Of a stretch of DNA of 64,000 nt, positions 1 through 10,866 are shown in pieces. A program made the translations under genes and the position numbers. Origin of the DNA: an uncultured virus (IMG/VR IMGVR_UViG_3300005253_001911) (Duplodnaviria > Heunggongvirae > Uroviricota > Caudoviricetes). The notes below the pieces were generated by a model. That model was not told the origin of the DNA. It did no database searches and saw nothing but the letters and a program-made list of their open reading frames with translations. The stretch lies in IMG/VR virus record IMGVR_UViG_3300005253_001911; one strand, written 5' to 3'. The first letter of the stretch is position 1. Every line of letters starts with the position of its first letter.

Positions 1-191
1 ACATTCTTTGGTATATCCACACGTATAAATCTATTACCATCTGGATTACTAACTTTCCATTTTCTCAGCCTAGTACTAATAGCTGTCTGAGACACATTGA
101 AATATTCTGCTATTTCTATCTGCTTGCAACCATTATTATACATCTGTATAATTTCTTTTTTTTCCTCATCTAGCCATAATATCCTTTTCAT
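1..191 (-). CDS. Helix-turn-helix DNA-binding protein, 5' part only (runs off the window start)
   Basis: Not in the ORF track. Manual translation from ATG at 191 (GGAG at 199-202) gives MKRILWLDEEKKEIIQMYNNGCKQIEIAEYFNVSQTAISTRLRKWKV..., which contains a typical HTH pattern (QIEIAEYFNVSQTAISTRL). Confidence 0.7.
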   Translation of the reverse strand, partial: MKRILWLDEEKKEIIQMYNNGCKQIEIAEYFNVSQTAISTRLRKWKVSNPDGNRFIRVDIPKN

Positions 192-256
192 ATCAACGCT
201 CCTATAGTATATTTTTAGATAATTCATTCTTTATTAATAAATAACCATCTACATAT

Positions 257-285
257 ATTATAGAATATTTTTTCAATTTTGCTAG
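257..285 (-). promoter_or_regulatory. Possible sigma70-type promoter for the HTH gene
   Basis: The minus strand reads CTAGCA-17 nt-TATAAT in an AT-rich gap. The -10 is perfect and the -35 is weak. Confidence 0.35.
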
Positions 286-333
286 ATATTTTTACAATAA
301 AAATATATAATAACTAATTGAAATTACTTATTA

Positions 334-1920
334 TCATGAATAATCAAAATAATTTCTGTAGTTGACGGTTGAATTTGCGCCAGTTTCTGATGAGCCAAGT
401 CTAATATTCAACCACATAGGATCACTTGTCATACCTCTTAGTGGATAATTACCTACAGCCTCACTTGCATCTGCAGTCGCTACAACAGAAAGATTATCTT
501 CTGTAGCATACAAATAGGTTGGAGGCGTATCACTGTCAATATCAGTAGCTGCTAAATCCATACGCCACTCTTGACCAGTCATTGGTGAACCACCAGCATT
601 ATTAGCCGGACCAACCGTACCAAATCTAAAATAAGTATCACTGTTTCCAGCATTATGATGACTAAATGATCCATTACTCTGTAAACCAAACTTCACTGTA
701 CTCATCTGTGTTGCACCAGACTCTATCTCAAACATAACTGCCCTTAATGAGCTCTCAGTTGAAACGGTCACATTGCCATAATTCAAACTTGTAATGTTGT
801 AACTTGCTGGCTCCGGCGGTTTACAAATTATAAAGAACTCATCGCCTGCAGCTAAATTATTGCCGCCAGTGAAATTGATGTATAACCCTCTTGTTCCCAC
901 TCTTGTAGCTCCAGATGAAGTAGTACCTCTTGAAGCCCCACTCATATCACCTCTATCGGAACTCCATACAAATTCTGCAGTCCCAATCGCAGCATTAGCA
1001 TTTGAACCTTCAGCATAGTCCGGTTTAGAACAGACTATTGTCCATGCAGTGCCAACAGTGTTAAACACCGCATCAGTAAATTTAGCCATCAATCCATATT
1101 TACCTACACTATACCAAAAGTCTGGGTATAGCAGTTCAGTCCAATCAGTTTGAGTGTCATCGCCACCACCAGTACCCGTCCATTTCATCCTTGGTACATT
1201 TCCAGTACCAGCACCCATAGTTGTACCATTAGTAACATCTATTTCTATCACATAAGTAGTATCTCCACCAGTATTATTGAACACGCCACCAGTAGTCATA
1301 GTACCAGCATACGTATTACTACCTCCCTTACTAGCACTTCCTATACCCCTCACAGCAATATTATCATTACTAATGACTATACTATAAATCTCATCGAAAA
1401 ATCCATAATAAGTTCCAGTAACCCCTATAGTACCATCAAATGTATTGGAGGTAGCACTTCCACCTGTTTCCGTCTTAGTACTAAATCCAAGAACACTATG
1501 AGCTGTGTTTGTACCACTAGTAGCTACAGTGACACTAGAAGCTGATCCTAAAGTTCCAGAATATATTTGAAATCTATTACGTTTTGTTATAGTTCCACCA
1601 ATAGTTACATTTTCCCATTTACAAATTGCATGATCCCATCGTTCATCACTCTTACCAAGATTGTGCATCTTTTCTGTAATATCCCTTGCTACAAAGCGTG
1701 GGTCGAGCGCGCTTCCCGAAACTACAGTAATATATGGGCCACTATCCCCGTCCATTGAAATATGCAATCTGTTAGTTGTTGGCCCTATAGTAATCGTATC
1801 TCCGGGATCCGCAGTACCGACCGAATATCCGCGAGTACCTTTACCTCCCTGGCTTCTACCAAGACCCGCTACTCCGGACGCTGTTGTAGAATAAGCCACC
1901 CATCTCGTTACAGCTGCCAT
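334..1920 (-). CDS. Virion structural protein, G/S/T-rich and beta-rich (tail-associated)
   Basis: 528 aa with an RBS. It shares a module (ISMDG...VARDI...FQIYSGTLG..SSVTV..LGF) with 12658..13599 and is the last gene of the structural run. Confidence 0.6.
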   Translation of the reverse strand: MAAVTRWVAYSTTASGVAGLGRSQGGKGTRGYSVGTADPGDTITIGPTTNRLHISMDGDSGPYITVVSGSALDPRFVARDITEKMHNLGKSDERWDHAICKWENVTIGGTITKRNRFQIYSGTLGSASSVTVATSGTNTAHSVLGFSTKTETGGSATSNTFDGTIGVTGTYYGFFDEIYSIVISNDNIAVRGIGSASKGGSNTYAGTMTTGGVFNNTGGDTTYVIEIDVTNGTTMGAGTGNVPRMKWTGTGGGDDTQTDWTELLYPDFWYSVGKYGLMAKFTDAVFNTVGTAWTIVCSKPDYAEGSNANAAIGTAEFVWSSDRGDMSGASRGTTSSGATRVGTRGLYINFTGGNNLAAGDEFFIICKPPEPASYNITSLNYGNVTVSTESSLRAVMFEIESGATQMSTVKFGLQSNGSFSHHNAGNSDTYFRFGTVGPANNAGGSPMTGQEWRMDLAATDIDSDTPPTYLYATEDNLSVVATADASEAVGNYPLRGMTSDPMWLNIRLGSSETGANSTVNYRNYFDYS

Positions 1921-1923
1921 TTT

Positions 1924-2838
1924 TTAAACCTCCTTAACTATGAAATTATTTTTAACATTTTTATTACTATGAACCCATTTATGACATTTCTTACACAAAG
2001 TCATGCCATTATTGATATCATATAATAGTGAACATGCTCGTGCTTCTTTTATAGTAGTAATATTATAATGGCTTAATATACTATTAAATTGTATAATATG
2101 ATGCGCATGCAATCTATTGTTTTTCTTATTTTTACATTTTTGACATATATATATATCTTTCCTAAATACTTTTTGTGTCCACCTACTTCTTTTTGTATCA
2201 TTACGAATAGCCCTAACTAATGGTGTTATACCACCTCTCCAATTCCAATGATTAATGCCACTTGTTATTAATGACTGTCTGGCATGAAAACATGAGGGGC
2301 ATCTATTTCCAGCTTTCCAACTATCCCAGCGTATAGAATGTTTATGTCCATTATTACAAATATATTTTAACTTCTGTTTTCCACCCCTATATTCAAACTT
2401 AGATGTTAAAAGCGTATATCCCCCATTAACAAAAGAACCTTCAATAATTCCAAAATCTTTTCTGCGATTATCTATAGCACACTCAGCACACCTACTACCA
2501 AGACCATTCCATTCATACCAACTAACTTTATAAGCATGTCCATTTGAACAAATACATAATAGTTTGTCTTTAGCTTTTTTATATTTAGTAGATAACAAAG
2601 TATATCCTTCTTTTTCAAAAGCACTTTTAATCTCATCAATGGTATATTTTCTACTATATTTAGAGCAATGTGGACATCTTACCCCACCCTTAAATTTATT
2701 CCAAGTAGTAGCGTGATTATGTCCCTCGGAACATATATAACCCAATTTCGTATGATTATTCACATACTCCTTGCTCAACAACTCATACCCTTCCTTTTCA
2801 AACTGTTCCTTTACAAATTCATAACTAAGCCTTTTCAT
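1924..2838 (-). CDS. HNH homing endonuclease with three N-terminal zinc-ribbon repeats
   Basis: Three repeats of GY.LLS..Y....KL.YIC..GH......W......RCP.C, then CQKC...LHAHHI...NGMTLCKKCH (HNH). Confidence 0.85.
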   Translation of the reverse strand: MKRLSYEFVKEQFEKEGYELLSKEYVNNHTKLGYICSEGHNHATTWNKFKGGVRCPHCSKYSRKYTIDEIKSAFEKEGYTLLSTKYKKAKDKLLCICSNGHAYKVSWYEWNGLGSRCAECAIDNRRKDFGIIEGSFVNGGYTLLTSKFEYRGGKQKLKYICNNGHKHSIRWDSWKAGNRCPSCFHARQSLITSGINHWNWRGGITPLVRAIRNDTKRSRWTQKVFRKDIYICQKCKNKKNNRLHAHHIIQFNSILSHYNITTIKEARACSLLYDINNGMTLCKKCHKWVHSNKNVKNNFIVKEV

Positions 2839-2846
2839 AAATCCTC

Positions 2847-3461
2847 CTAACTATTTGGATTCTCAATAGTGAAACTAAACACATAAGGATCCATAATATT
2901 TCCGTGAAAGTCTCGCACCCCGGACACTGTAATAGTAAAAATCCGATCAAAAAAGAAAAATGCATTCTGCGGATATATAGTAGCACCTAAATCAACACTT
3001 CCTATCGGCACTATACTCGCACCTAAATCGTATGAAGCTAAATCTGCAGTCTCAAAATAAAAGGCGTCTCCTTCTAAATTGGGACAAAAAGCTTCATTCT
3101 CGGCCTCTATGGTAATGACTACTTCATTTTTTATGCCCCAGTCTACAACCTCATTAAAAAAGCAATTATACCCATATAATAAATGAAATTCTTGTTCTGC
3201 CACCCCACTCGCTGTATTTTCAGCATGAATTGTTAAAGTAATCGTACCGCTTGCTAATACACTTGAAGGAGTATAAAAACATTTATAACCATCAGTTATT
3301 CCAGAAAAGGTCGTAGAAACAATTGTACCATCGTCAATGAAGTAGGTGCCAGACGTAGAAATAGCAGTCGTAAGATCTACCACGTCTACGGAATAAGTCA
3401 AATTTGCAGCTTCTATCCAATTTTCTACCCCTATGGAAAAATTGTCAATTAAGATGGTCAT
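2847..3461 (-). CDS. Ig-like virion protein
   Basis: 204 aa, beta-rich. The C-terminal ITVSGVRDFHGNIMDPYVFSFTI resembles a bacterial Ig-like domain end. Confidence 0.55.
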   Translation of the reverse strand: MTILIDNFSIGVENWIEAANLTYSVDVVDLTTAISTSGTYFIDDGTIVSTTFSGITDGYKCFYTPSSVLASGTITLTIHAENTASGVAEQEFHLLYGYNCFFNEVVDWGIKNEVVITIEAENEAFCPNLEGDAFYFETADLASYDLGASIVPIGSVDLGATIYPQNAFFFFDRIFTITVSGVRDFHGNIMDPYVFSFTIENPNS

Positions 3462-3501
3462 TTTTAATGTAATCCTCTATAAATAAGGCGGTTAGATTAT
3501 T

Positions 3502-6135
3502 TTAATCAATCCTATAAATTATTGGAGTTATTGTAACATTCCTGTCCTTGCCTCCTATCGTGACCATGATACTACCTTTATCCAATCCTGTATCATCCAC
3601 AGCATAAACATTAGCAGAAATACCAATTAATTTCCTATAAGTTCCTCTTGTACAATTTCTTGGATAAAAACTATCAGGGTCTATCCATGGTCCTGTACTC
3701 CCCGCGCAAAAAAACCTCCATGTGTCATAAAGTTGGTTCTGTGCATCCGATGCGTCCGATACTTTTACTGTTAATTCAACAGTTTGCCCATAATGAAAAT
3801 CACTTGGGGGGTTATAACTCACACTATACCCACTAGCCGTTGTCACAGTAACAGGTGTAACTGCACGATTATTCGCATAAAATTCCAAACTGCTTATATC
3901 TACTCCCACTCCAGCATCCAAAATATCAAATGAAACATTAGTAGCTACAGATACATTCTCTTTCTCCCTAGCTGGATTCTCATTGGTTATATAAGGGGCC
4001 CTAAAATCAGGTATTATCTTGAACCAGTAATCAACCAGGAGCACATTCGGAACTGGAGCCACATCATAAACTTCAATTGATACATAAACAACAGCATTGT
4101 GGTGAAAATCATTTACTGGATTATATGTCATATCCAGCCCTAAAAGTCCACCACCAGCATCAAAGGTGGTTATAGAAAGCAAAGGAGTTACATCCACATA
4201 TCCAGTGTTTCCAGCATATGAAACTTCCTTTACCTTAAAAACCAAAGTACTCTGGTTTAAACTATATCCAAATGGCAATAATCTTACCCTGATATTGGTA
4301 GTAACTGAGTTTTTCTCTGAAAACATATCCGGATCAAAAAGATCAACAAACCTGAATTGCTCTACAGATACAGTATCCTGATGACCAGACGAAGCGTGCC
4401 TGCTTATATATAGCTGACTGATAAATGTATCATTTGACTGATCTTTATCTTGATCTATATAAACATCGGTTGATAAATCACTTCCTATTTGGTCAAATTC
4501 TACCGTGCTATTAAAATCTCCTAGTTGTTCAACTATTGTTGTACCATCAATAGGAGCTCCTGCAGATGTCCAATGACCTCCGGGAAATTGAAACTTACTC
4601 AAGCCCTTCATATACATAACACTTTCTACCCCGCTTGATACCTGGTCAAGTAGACCAAACCCACCTGGAGCCTCGTCCCCAATTGCAGGAATTTGATCCA
4701 AATATATATCTACCTTAAAACTTTTGTGTGCTAGTAAATCAACCCCATCCCATACATTATCATGCCCTGTTATGCCAGCCACCCCACCGTTGGTTCTAAT
4801 GGTTATAGACAAATCATCACTCTCTGAGGGTGCTGTGGGAGGCCATGAACTACCAAAATCAATGACATCATATGTTATAAATGCTACACCATTTACATCA
4901 GTTGTCACAAAAGTAGTAGTAAAGTCTCCATAATCTGGATTATCAAAAAAGTAAACATTCTTACTGCTAAGAGGAACTCCATATTGATCTTTAACAAGCA
5001 CATATAAATCTATACTATCCAAATCACTCTTAACTACATTATCAGGCTCACCGTGTACAGATAAGCTTTTAGTATAAAAGGCAGCGGTGTCCAGTTGATA
5101 GTTATATGGACCCAAACCAGCCCAGGAAGTATCTGATTTAGTACCATTAGTATCAGCCCTAGTAGTACCTTCCTGTAGTCTGTAAATAGGAGCGCCCTCA
5201 AATATTATATCATATACCGTCCACAAAGCTGTTTCATTAGCCTTAGTGTTTGTCATCAAATGAGATTTTTTTATCTCATAATCAGTATAATCCAAATATA
5301 GTATATTAGCATTCTTGACAAATCCTATGTTCTGATAGTATCTACTCCACGATGCCGCTATTACACTATTATAAATACCATCATTATGCACACCAGAAAC
5401 AGTTCCATTACTCGGATCTATCGTATACAAGGCACCCTTAGTACTATCATTGTTTTGTCCAATATCACTAAATAAATAGATGTCTTTCCAATAAGTTATA
5501 GGATCTCCACCTGCATATTCATGCTGTGGGTCAGAGCTATTTATATATGCTATGCTACCAGCAACACCAGTAACAATAACATACTCTAATGAGAATTGAT
5601 TTCCTGGTGGCGAAACGTCACTACTTGGACCAAGTAATAAAGCGTCTCCCACTTCTACTTTTCCTATAGAAGCGAGTGATATTTGTCCTGTACCACTAGT
5701 TGTAGCCGACGCAAACGTAGTTTCATAATTCTCAACCGCCATAGCATTGCAGTCAAAATAATTAGCTCCAGAGTCCGTCATTGTTATAGTACTCTGTAAA
5801 TCAAAAGTATTACCAGTACTATTCAGCTTCCAATACTTTATCTCACATTCAGTTGAGCTTACGCGCTCTAAAGTAAAAAACGGCAACTCATCGCCTAACT
5901 GATTAAAAGCTAAGCCAACATTTCTCGGACCTACATATTCAAGTGATTTTATTTCTGACACACCAGCGCTCAAAGTGTAAGTCTGTAAAACACTTCCGCC
6001 GCCGCCAATAGATCCATCGACTATTCTAAATTCACCGTTCGCACCTGCGGTGTGGTCTATATAACCAAATTCACTAGTACTCCTAGGAGACAAACAAAGG
6101 TTTTTATAGGCAATCTCTACATTCTCATAAGCCAT
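3502..6135 (-). CDS. Large tail-associated protein with multiple Ig-like domains (paralog of 9652..10857 and 10867..12126)
   Basis: 877 aa. N-terminus MAYEN, Big-1-like VKDQYGVPL...TTDVNGVA, and C-terminal Ig-like repeats. Confidence 0.6.
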   Translation of the reverse strand: MAYENVEIAYKNLCLSPRSTSEFGYIDHTAGANGEFRIVDGSIGGGGSVLQTYTLSAGVSEIKSLEYVGPRNVGLAFNQLGDELPFFTLERVSSTECEIKYWKLNSTGNTFDLQSTITMTDSGANYFDCNAMAVENYETTFASATTSGTGQISLASIGKVEVGDALLLGPSSDVSPPGNQFSLEYVIVTGVAGSIAYINSSDPQHEYAGGDPITYWKDIYLFSDIGQNNDSTKGALYTIDPSNGTVSGVHNDGIYNSVIAASWSRYYQNIGFVKNANILYLDYTDYEIKKSHLMTNTKANETALWTVYDIIFEGAPIYRLQEGTTRADTNGTKSDTSWAGLGPYNYQLDTAAFYTKSLSVHGEPDNVVKSDLDSIDLYVLVKDQYGVPLSSKNVYFFDNPDYGDFTTTFVTTDVNGVAFITYDVIDFGSSWPPTAPSESDDLSITIRTNGGVAGITGHDNVWDGVDLLAHKSFKVDIYLDQIPAIGDEAPGGFGLLDQVSSGVESVMYMKGLSKFQFPGGHWTSAGAPIDGTTIVEQLGDFNSTVEFDQIGSDLSTDVYIDQDKDQSNDTFISQLYISRHASSGHQDTVSVEQFRFVDLFDPDMFSEKNSVTTNIRVRLLPFGYSLNQSTLVFKVKEVSYAGNTGYVDVTPLLSITTFDAGGGLLGLDMTYNPVNDFHHNAVVYVSIEVYDVAPVPNVLLVDYWFKIIPDFRAPYITNENPAREKENVSVATNVSFDILDAGVGVDISSLEFYANNRAVTPVTVTTASGYSVSYNPPSDFHYGQTVELTVKVSDASDAQNQLYDTWRFFCAGSTGPWIDPDSFYPRNCTRGTYRKLIGISANVYAVDDTGLDKGSIMVTIGGKDRNVTITPIIYRID

Positions 6136-6146
6136 AATTTACTCCA

Positions 6147-6932
6147 TTAATCATAATTACCAACGTTCCATGTATTTACCTTAAAAACAAGCAAAACTAA
6201 TGCCGCCTGACCAGTCATAGTATCAGTTTGTCTAGAAAAATTGAAAGCTACAACACATCCTGGATTTAACGGGTTATCTACATCATTGGCATACAAGGTG
6301 CCTGTAAATTCACGAAACAGGCCATATTGAGCATTATTTGGCAATGTATCATTACCAATTACTATAGAATTGGACTTATCACTATAATTTTCATTATGCT
6401 GGTAAGTATGGTAGACTAACCTCCATCTACAATAATTTATACCACTTTGATTTGTCGCTGTCATATAATATACTTCGACCGCAATATTAGAATTTTCTAT
6501 ATACGTGTCTGATACTTTGAAATCTCCAAATACATTATCATTAGCATCAAACACTAGAACACCTAATGGCCCAAAGTTAGAAAAAGCAGGCGGGCTAGTG
6601 AGTGATAACTGCACACGGCCAGACCCAAATTGAATTTCAGACAGACTATTTACAGTATTATATTCTATACCGGACTCATCTTCTCTTACTCGTAAATATT
6701 TTCCACTGTTGCCACTATAAGTAGCAGGTGTATCTACCAAATTTGTAAACCCCCGCTGATCTATATAATGCTTAGTAACTAAATGATAGCTTTTAATCGG
6801 GTCAACGCCACTAATAGTAGAACTCAAATGTAGCTCACCCAACTCAGACCACACAGCCGCTTCCGCATTGTCACCAAAATAGATCTGGTCACCATCATTT
6901 AAGTATAAATCGTGTCCTTTAAATCTTGCCAT
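6147..6932 (-). CDS. Tail fibre/spike-like protein
   Basis: Its N-terminus is paralogous to 6948..7859 (MARFK..LYL.DG..I.FG; ISGVDP...YHL.TK.Y.D). It also has a fibre-type linker, FTNLVDTPATYSG..GKYLRV. Confidence 0.55.
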   Translation of the reverse strand: MARFKGHDLYLNDGDQIYFGDNAEAAVWSELGELHLSSTISGVDPIKSYHLVTKHYIDQRGFTNLVDTPATYSGNSGKYLRVREDESGIEYNTVNSLSEIQFGSGRVQLSLTSPPAFSNFGPLGVLVFDANDNVFGDFKVSDTYIENSNIAVEVYYMTATNQSGINYCRWRLVYHTYQHNENYSDKSNSIVIGNDTLPNNAQYGLFREFTGTLYANDVDNPLNPGCVVAFNFSRQTDTMTGQAALVLLVFKVNTWNVGNYD

Positions 6933-6947
6933 TATATTCCTCTACTT

Positions 6948-7859
6948 TTAGTCGTGCCTTACTAACCATTCTAATGTATAACCACTAGCAATAATATCAC
7001 CAGAAAACACTGCTGTAAATCCGTCATTAGCTTTATTAGTTATAACCATAGAATAAATAGAAGCGGGATCATCTGTAGTGCTTAATATAACACTAATAAC
7101 ATAATTAGTATCACCGAAAGTCGCAAAACTAACCGCTTTACTAGTATCATTAACAGACAAACCTATTCTACCCGACTGAACTTTATCTACTGATACAGAA
7201 TCAACATACCCCTTAGTAGTTAAATGATAATCCTGTGTTGGATCTACACCACTAACCGTAGCAGTAAATCCTCTGCTTCCGTCTGCAGGAACATATTGGG
7301 TGTGATCATCATCTCCCAACCCAGTTATATTTCCGTGGTCTATGCTTGCCTCTGTGAAATGCTCATTAGATGCAAAGTTGGTTAGTAAGTCATGGTCAAT
7401 ATCAGTTGTCAAATTGTGAGTATTGACTATAGTATTATGATCTATAGTGCCTGAAAAAGTTACAAACGCTGCATCTACTTCAGTTTCAGTATAATACCTG
7501 TTATCCAGTTGACCTGCGTCCAGTTCTGTTTCAGTATAATACCTGTTGTCATGGTTATGTAAAGTAGTGGTGCCACTCGAAGTCAAGTCCGTATGTTGGA
7601 CTAGTGTTAAATGATAGTAGTCATTGGTAGTTCCACCCTGTATATTATTCAATTCATTATGGTCATCCTGAGTACTTAACTGAGTATCGACATAATTCTT
7701 AGTAGCCAAATGATAAGCTTGAGTAGGATCAACACCGCTAATAACCGTATCAAGACGTAATCCAATACCATCGAAATATAAGCTAGAGTCATCACTATTA
7801 CCAAATACAATTCTTTGGCCGTCTTTTAAATATAAACTATTGCTTTTAAACCTAGCCAT
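6948..7859 (-). CDS. Tail fibre-like protein with His/Asp repeats and a C-terminal beta-sandwich
   Basis: Contains RYYTETELDAGQLDNRYYTETE and GLGDDDHTQY motifs. Its C-terminal domain is shared with 7881..8162 and 57112..58347. Confidence 0.6.
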   Translation of the reverse strand: MARFKSNSLYLKDGQRIVFGNSDDSSLYFDGIGLRLDTVISGVDPTQAYHLATKNYVDTQLSTQDDHNELNNIQGGTTNDYYHLTLVQHTDLTSSGTTTLHNHDNRYYTETELDAGQLDNRYYTETEVDAAFVTFSGTIDHNTIVNTHNLTTDIDHDLLTNFASNEHFTEASIDHGNITGLGDDDHTQYVPADGSRGFTATVSGVDPTQDYHLTTKGYVDSVSVDKVQSGRIGLSVNDTSKAVSFATFGDTNYVISVILSTTDDPASIYSMVITNKANDGFTAVFSGDIIASGYTLEWLVRHD

Positions 7860-7880
7860 CTTTTCAATTCCCCCTTTTTA

Positions 7881-8162
7881 TTAGTATTTTTGCGCAATCC
7901 AATTTAATTTATAATTGTCTGATTCCATATCACCTGAAAAAGAAACCGTAAAACCAGTGGATCTTCTGTCTGTTATAATATAACTATAAATTGATACTGG
8001 CGAATCAACAATATTTTCCATAGTTACTAATATATGATAATCCATATTTAAAAAAGGCAATGCAAAATCGACTGAAACGCTGTTTGCGCCAATTGGTATT
8101 ACTTGAACTCCTCTTTTAGTCTCTAAACCTCGTCCAACATTTCTAGCGAATATTATACCCAT
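7881..8162 (-). CDS. Small stand-alone fibre-tip-like beta-sandwich protein
   Basis: 93 aa. SVSVDF..PF...DYHILVT...IYSYIITDR..TGFTVSFSG...YKLNWIA is homologous to the C-terminus of 6948..7859. Confidence 0.55.
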   Translation of the reverse strand: MGIIFARNVGRGLETKRGVQVIPIGANSVSVDFALPFLNMDYHILVTMENIVDSPVSIYSYIITDRRSTGFTVSFSGDMESDNYKLNWIAQKY

Positions 8163-8312
8163 ATTTAATTATATTACAAGGGTATTACAATTACCAGTAA
8201 CAATGCGTTTGTACGATTTTTTCACGCACTTATAATTCAATGCCCTTGGCCGCCTTCTATTTTTTTTGTCCATCCATTAATATCGTCCATTTCCAAAAAT
8301 CTATACATATCC

Positions 8313-9629
8313 TTAAATAATCGGGTTAAAATACATAGTATCAGCAGATAGTGCATAACCAACTACTTGTACTTGGCTACCACTTACAACTGGAGAAATT
8401 TGTGTAAAAGCACCAGCATTAACATCAACAAAAATATCTCCGTTTGACCAATTCCAACTAGTGTTACATATTTGACCACTCAATAGAATTTTTTTACTAC
8501 CACTACCACTTTCCAATGCTATAGCACGACACGGCATTGTTGTGATACTAACTGCGTTAGCTCTTTCATAATGAAAATCGTCCGCACAATACACAGGGTT
8601 CCCAAAAGATGCGCTTGCGTCATCTACAGTTACAATCAATACATCACCTCTGTATGTCCCATTGCTCGTAAGAATAGGTCCATGGTTTATTATACCATCA
8701 GTTACTTCCAAACTTCCATTAATTTTTACTAAATCATTATCAAATTCGCCATAGATTAGTGGTGTAGCACTATTACTATTTTCAATATAGAGTTTATTTG
8801 AGCCAGTTTCATTATAACCGGCTTGGTAACCTATGAATACATTAGATCCACCAACAATTAGTGAATATCCTGATTGATATCCTAATAATGTATTATTACT
8901 ATAGCTCTTATTAAGGACACCATAAGCTGATCGATAACCTATACAAACATTTTTTGCGCCATATTGATTATAGTAAGCAGCATCACAGCCAATATAAACA
9001 TTTTCTTGACCGCTTACAGTACGTCTACCAGAAGCAGCTCCTACAAAAACATTTTTTGTTGCAGTAATGGTTGCTGTTCCTGACTCATTACCAATACAAA
9101 CATTAGAATTTCCATTACCTGGACTTTTTCCACCCCCAGCGCTAGTCCCTACAAAAGTATTTTCTTGACCTATAGTATTTTGTCCTGCCAAAGCTCCTAC
9201 AAAAACATTACTAAATCCTGATGATGCGTTATAGCCTGTCTGATATCCTACAAAAGTATTGAGATCTGATGTTTTACCGGTTGAAAGATCTCTACCAGCC
9301 CGATATCCTATAAGAGTACTTTTTTTAGCGGTGGTAAGGGTTAAACCAGCATCGGCTCCTACTATTGTATTAAAATCAGCGGTTGTTTGGGATGCTCCAG
9401 CACTATCACCTACAATAACATTATTAGCAGCGTCTGCTGCAATAGCAGCACCAGCATCCTTGCCGGCTAATGTATTATCAATTCCAGGGCTACGTACATA
9501 ATTACTAATAGTTAATCCTGGTGGTGTAAATCCCATCTTAGCCCATTCCGTACCAGATACAACAGATCTTAAATATTTACCGTCATCATATACTATCGGG
9601 GTGTCAGTCAAATCCAAAAGTGTTGTCAT
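8313..9629 (-). CDS. Tail fibre/spike with beta-solenoid repeats
   Basis: Many roughly 14-aa N(T/V)xxGxxAG repeats, followed by ETGSNKLYIENS...PLIYGEF and a small C-terminal beta domain. Confidence 0.65.
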   Translation of the reverse strand: MTTLLDLTDTPIVYDDGKYLRSVVSGTEWAKMGFTPPGLTISNYVRSPGIDNTLAGKDAGAAIAADAANNVIVGDSAGASQTTADFNTIVGADAGLTLTTAKKSTLIGYRAGRDLSTGKTSDLNTFVGYQTGYNASSGFSNVFVGALAGQNTIGQENTFVGTSAGGGKSPGNGNSNVCIGNESGTATITATKNVFVGAASGRRTVSGQENVYIGCDAAYYNQYGAKNVCIGYRSAYGVLNKSYSNNTLLGYQSGYSLIVGGSNVFIGYQAGYNETGSNKLYIENSNSATPLIYGEFDNDLVKINGSLEVTDGIINHGPILTSNGTYRGDVLIVTVDDASASFGNPVYCADDFHYERANAVSITTMPCRAIALESGSGSKKILLSGQICNTSWNWSNGDIFVDVNAGAFTQISPVVSGSQVQVVGYALSADTMYFNPII

Positions 9630-9651
9630 TTATTATCCCCTAGTTTTATTT

Positions 9652-10857
9652 TTAGTCATATTGAGTAGATGTAGCAGTTATAGTCACAGTAGCCACCACT
9701 ATCCCAGCTTTATAATAACTAATAGCTTCTCCAGTCCCGAAAAAAAGATCAGTATATGCAGGATTTATAGTTACAAATCCCACGCTATCTGTATCAGTAA
9801 ATGATACGGGCTTGTCAACTACACCATCCCCAAATTGATCATCTACTAACACCGTTAATTCCGTTGTATTAAATCCATTGTTTGGCAATATAAGTGGATA
9901 CGCAGACATACTCACTGTATCCAGAAATCGTCTTACCGTAGAATTTACATAATTATAATAAGTCCAGTTATAATTTGTTTCAAAATATTTAGCTTCTGTT
10001 TGAAGCCTATAGATGTTATTACCATCTATAGCCAAATCGTAAACCGTAATTATTGTTGCATTGTCTGCCTTCAAATTATCAATAATCATTATACCATAAT
10101 TGGCTAAAGTATTTATATTCAAATATTTGAGATTAGTTGATTTAACATATACCAGTGAATCAACAGTAGATGAATCCACATTACTAACCCTAGCAAAAGT
10201 ACAAGCAGTTATATTGTCATATTCTGTACCACTATAAGTTGTTATATTTGCACCTGTTCTTGCGTTTATCTTATGTAAAGTACCGTTGCCTGTGTTGTTA
10301 AAAACCCACAAATTATTATAGAAGTTTATTTCGTCATCTATCTCATAATCATATTGTATGCCGGACGCCAAAGTAATGTTTGTACCACTAACTGAACTCA
10401 CCGTTATATCTTCTGACTGGCTAATAGAGTTTGGTCCTAATGTTAAAACTGTACCACTCACTATTACCGTGTCGTAATATTTATTTACCTGAATAGTACT
10501 ACTGCCTACAGAAGCTATCGCATCGAAATCTGTATGGTAGTGTTCTACAGTAAATGTATCAGAATCGAACGTTGATAAATCAAAAGAATCCTTTAACGCA
10601 CAAATATCATTTTCTATTTTCCATCTGTCAATAGTTATTGTTCCCGCGCCTGGATCTTGTAAAGTCCAAAAATTTACGCCATCATATTCAAGACTAATCA
10701 CCTCATTACCGATAACATCACTTAAGGGATAACTAAAAGCTGTATTACCGTCAGCTAATTTTTGTACTAGTGTATCCCAACCATCATCAAACATATAAAA
10801 ATAGCCAACATCATAAGTCATATTAGCTTTGCGAAAGTTCAGATTCTCGTATGCCAT
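9652..10857 (-). CDS. Tail-associated protein with C-terminal Big-1-like Ig domain (paralog family)
   Basis: 401 aa, co-linear with 10867..12126 (DGNTAFSYP, EYDGVNFW, FTVEHYH, LGPN, NIYRLQ, DQF). Confidence 0.6.
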   Translation of the reverse strand: MAYENLNFRKANMTYDVGYFYMFDDGWDTLVQKLADGNTAFSYPLSDVIGNEVISLEYDGVNFWTLQDPGAGTITIDRWKIENDICALKDSFDLSTFDSDTFTVEHYHTDFDAIASVGSSTIQVNKYYDTVIVSGTVLTLGPNSISQSEDITVSSVSGTNITLASGIQYDYEIDDEINFYNNLWVFNNTGNGTLHKINARTGANITTYSGTEYDNITACTFARVSNVDSSTVDSLVYVKSTNLKYLNINTLANYGIMIIDNLKADNATIITVYDLAIDGNNIYRLQTEAKYFETNYNWTYYNYVNSTVRRFLDTVSMSAYPLILPNNGFNTTELTVLVDDQFGDGVVDKPVSFTDTDSVGFVTINPAYTDLFFGTGEAISYYKAGIVVATVTITATSTQYD

Positions 10858-10866
10858 TTATACCTC

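Noticed and set aside
334..1920. Possible tail sheath protein
   Set aside because: Only an accessory beta-rich module resembles sheath insertions. I saw no conserved sheath C-terminal domain, and the gene is far from the tube gene.
8169..8273. 34-codon minus-strand ORF (MDKKNRRRPRALNYKCVKKSYKR...) faintly like the N-terminus of the zinc-ribbon HNH genes
   Set aside because: Too short and too weakly similar to call a gene or pseudogene.
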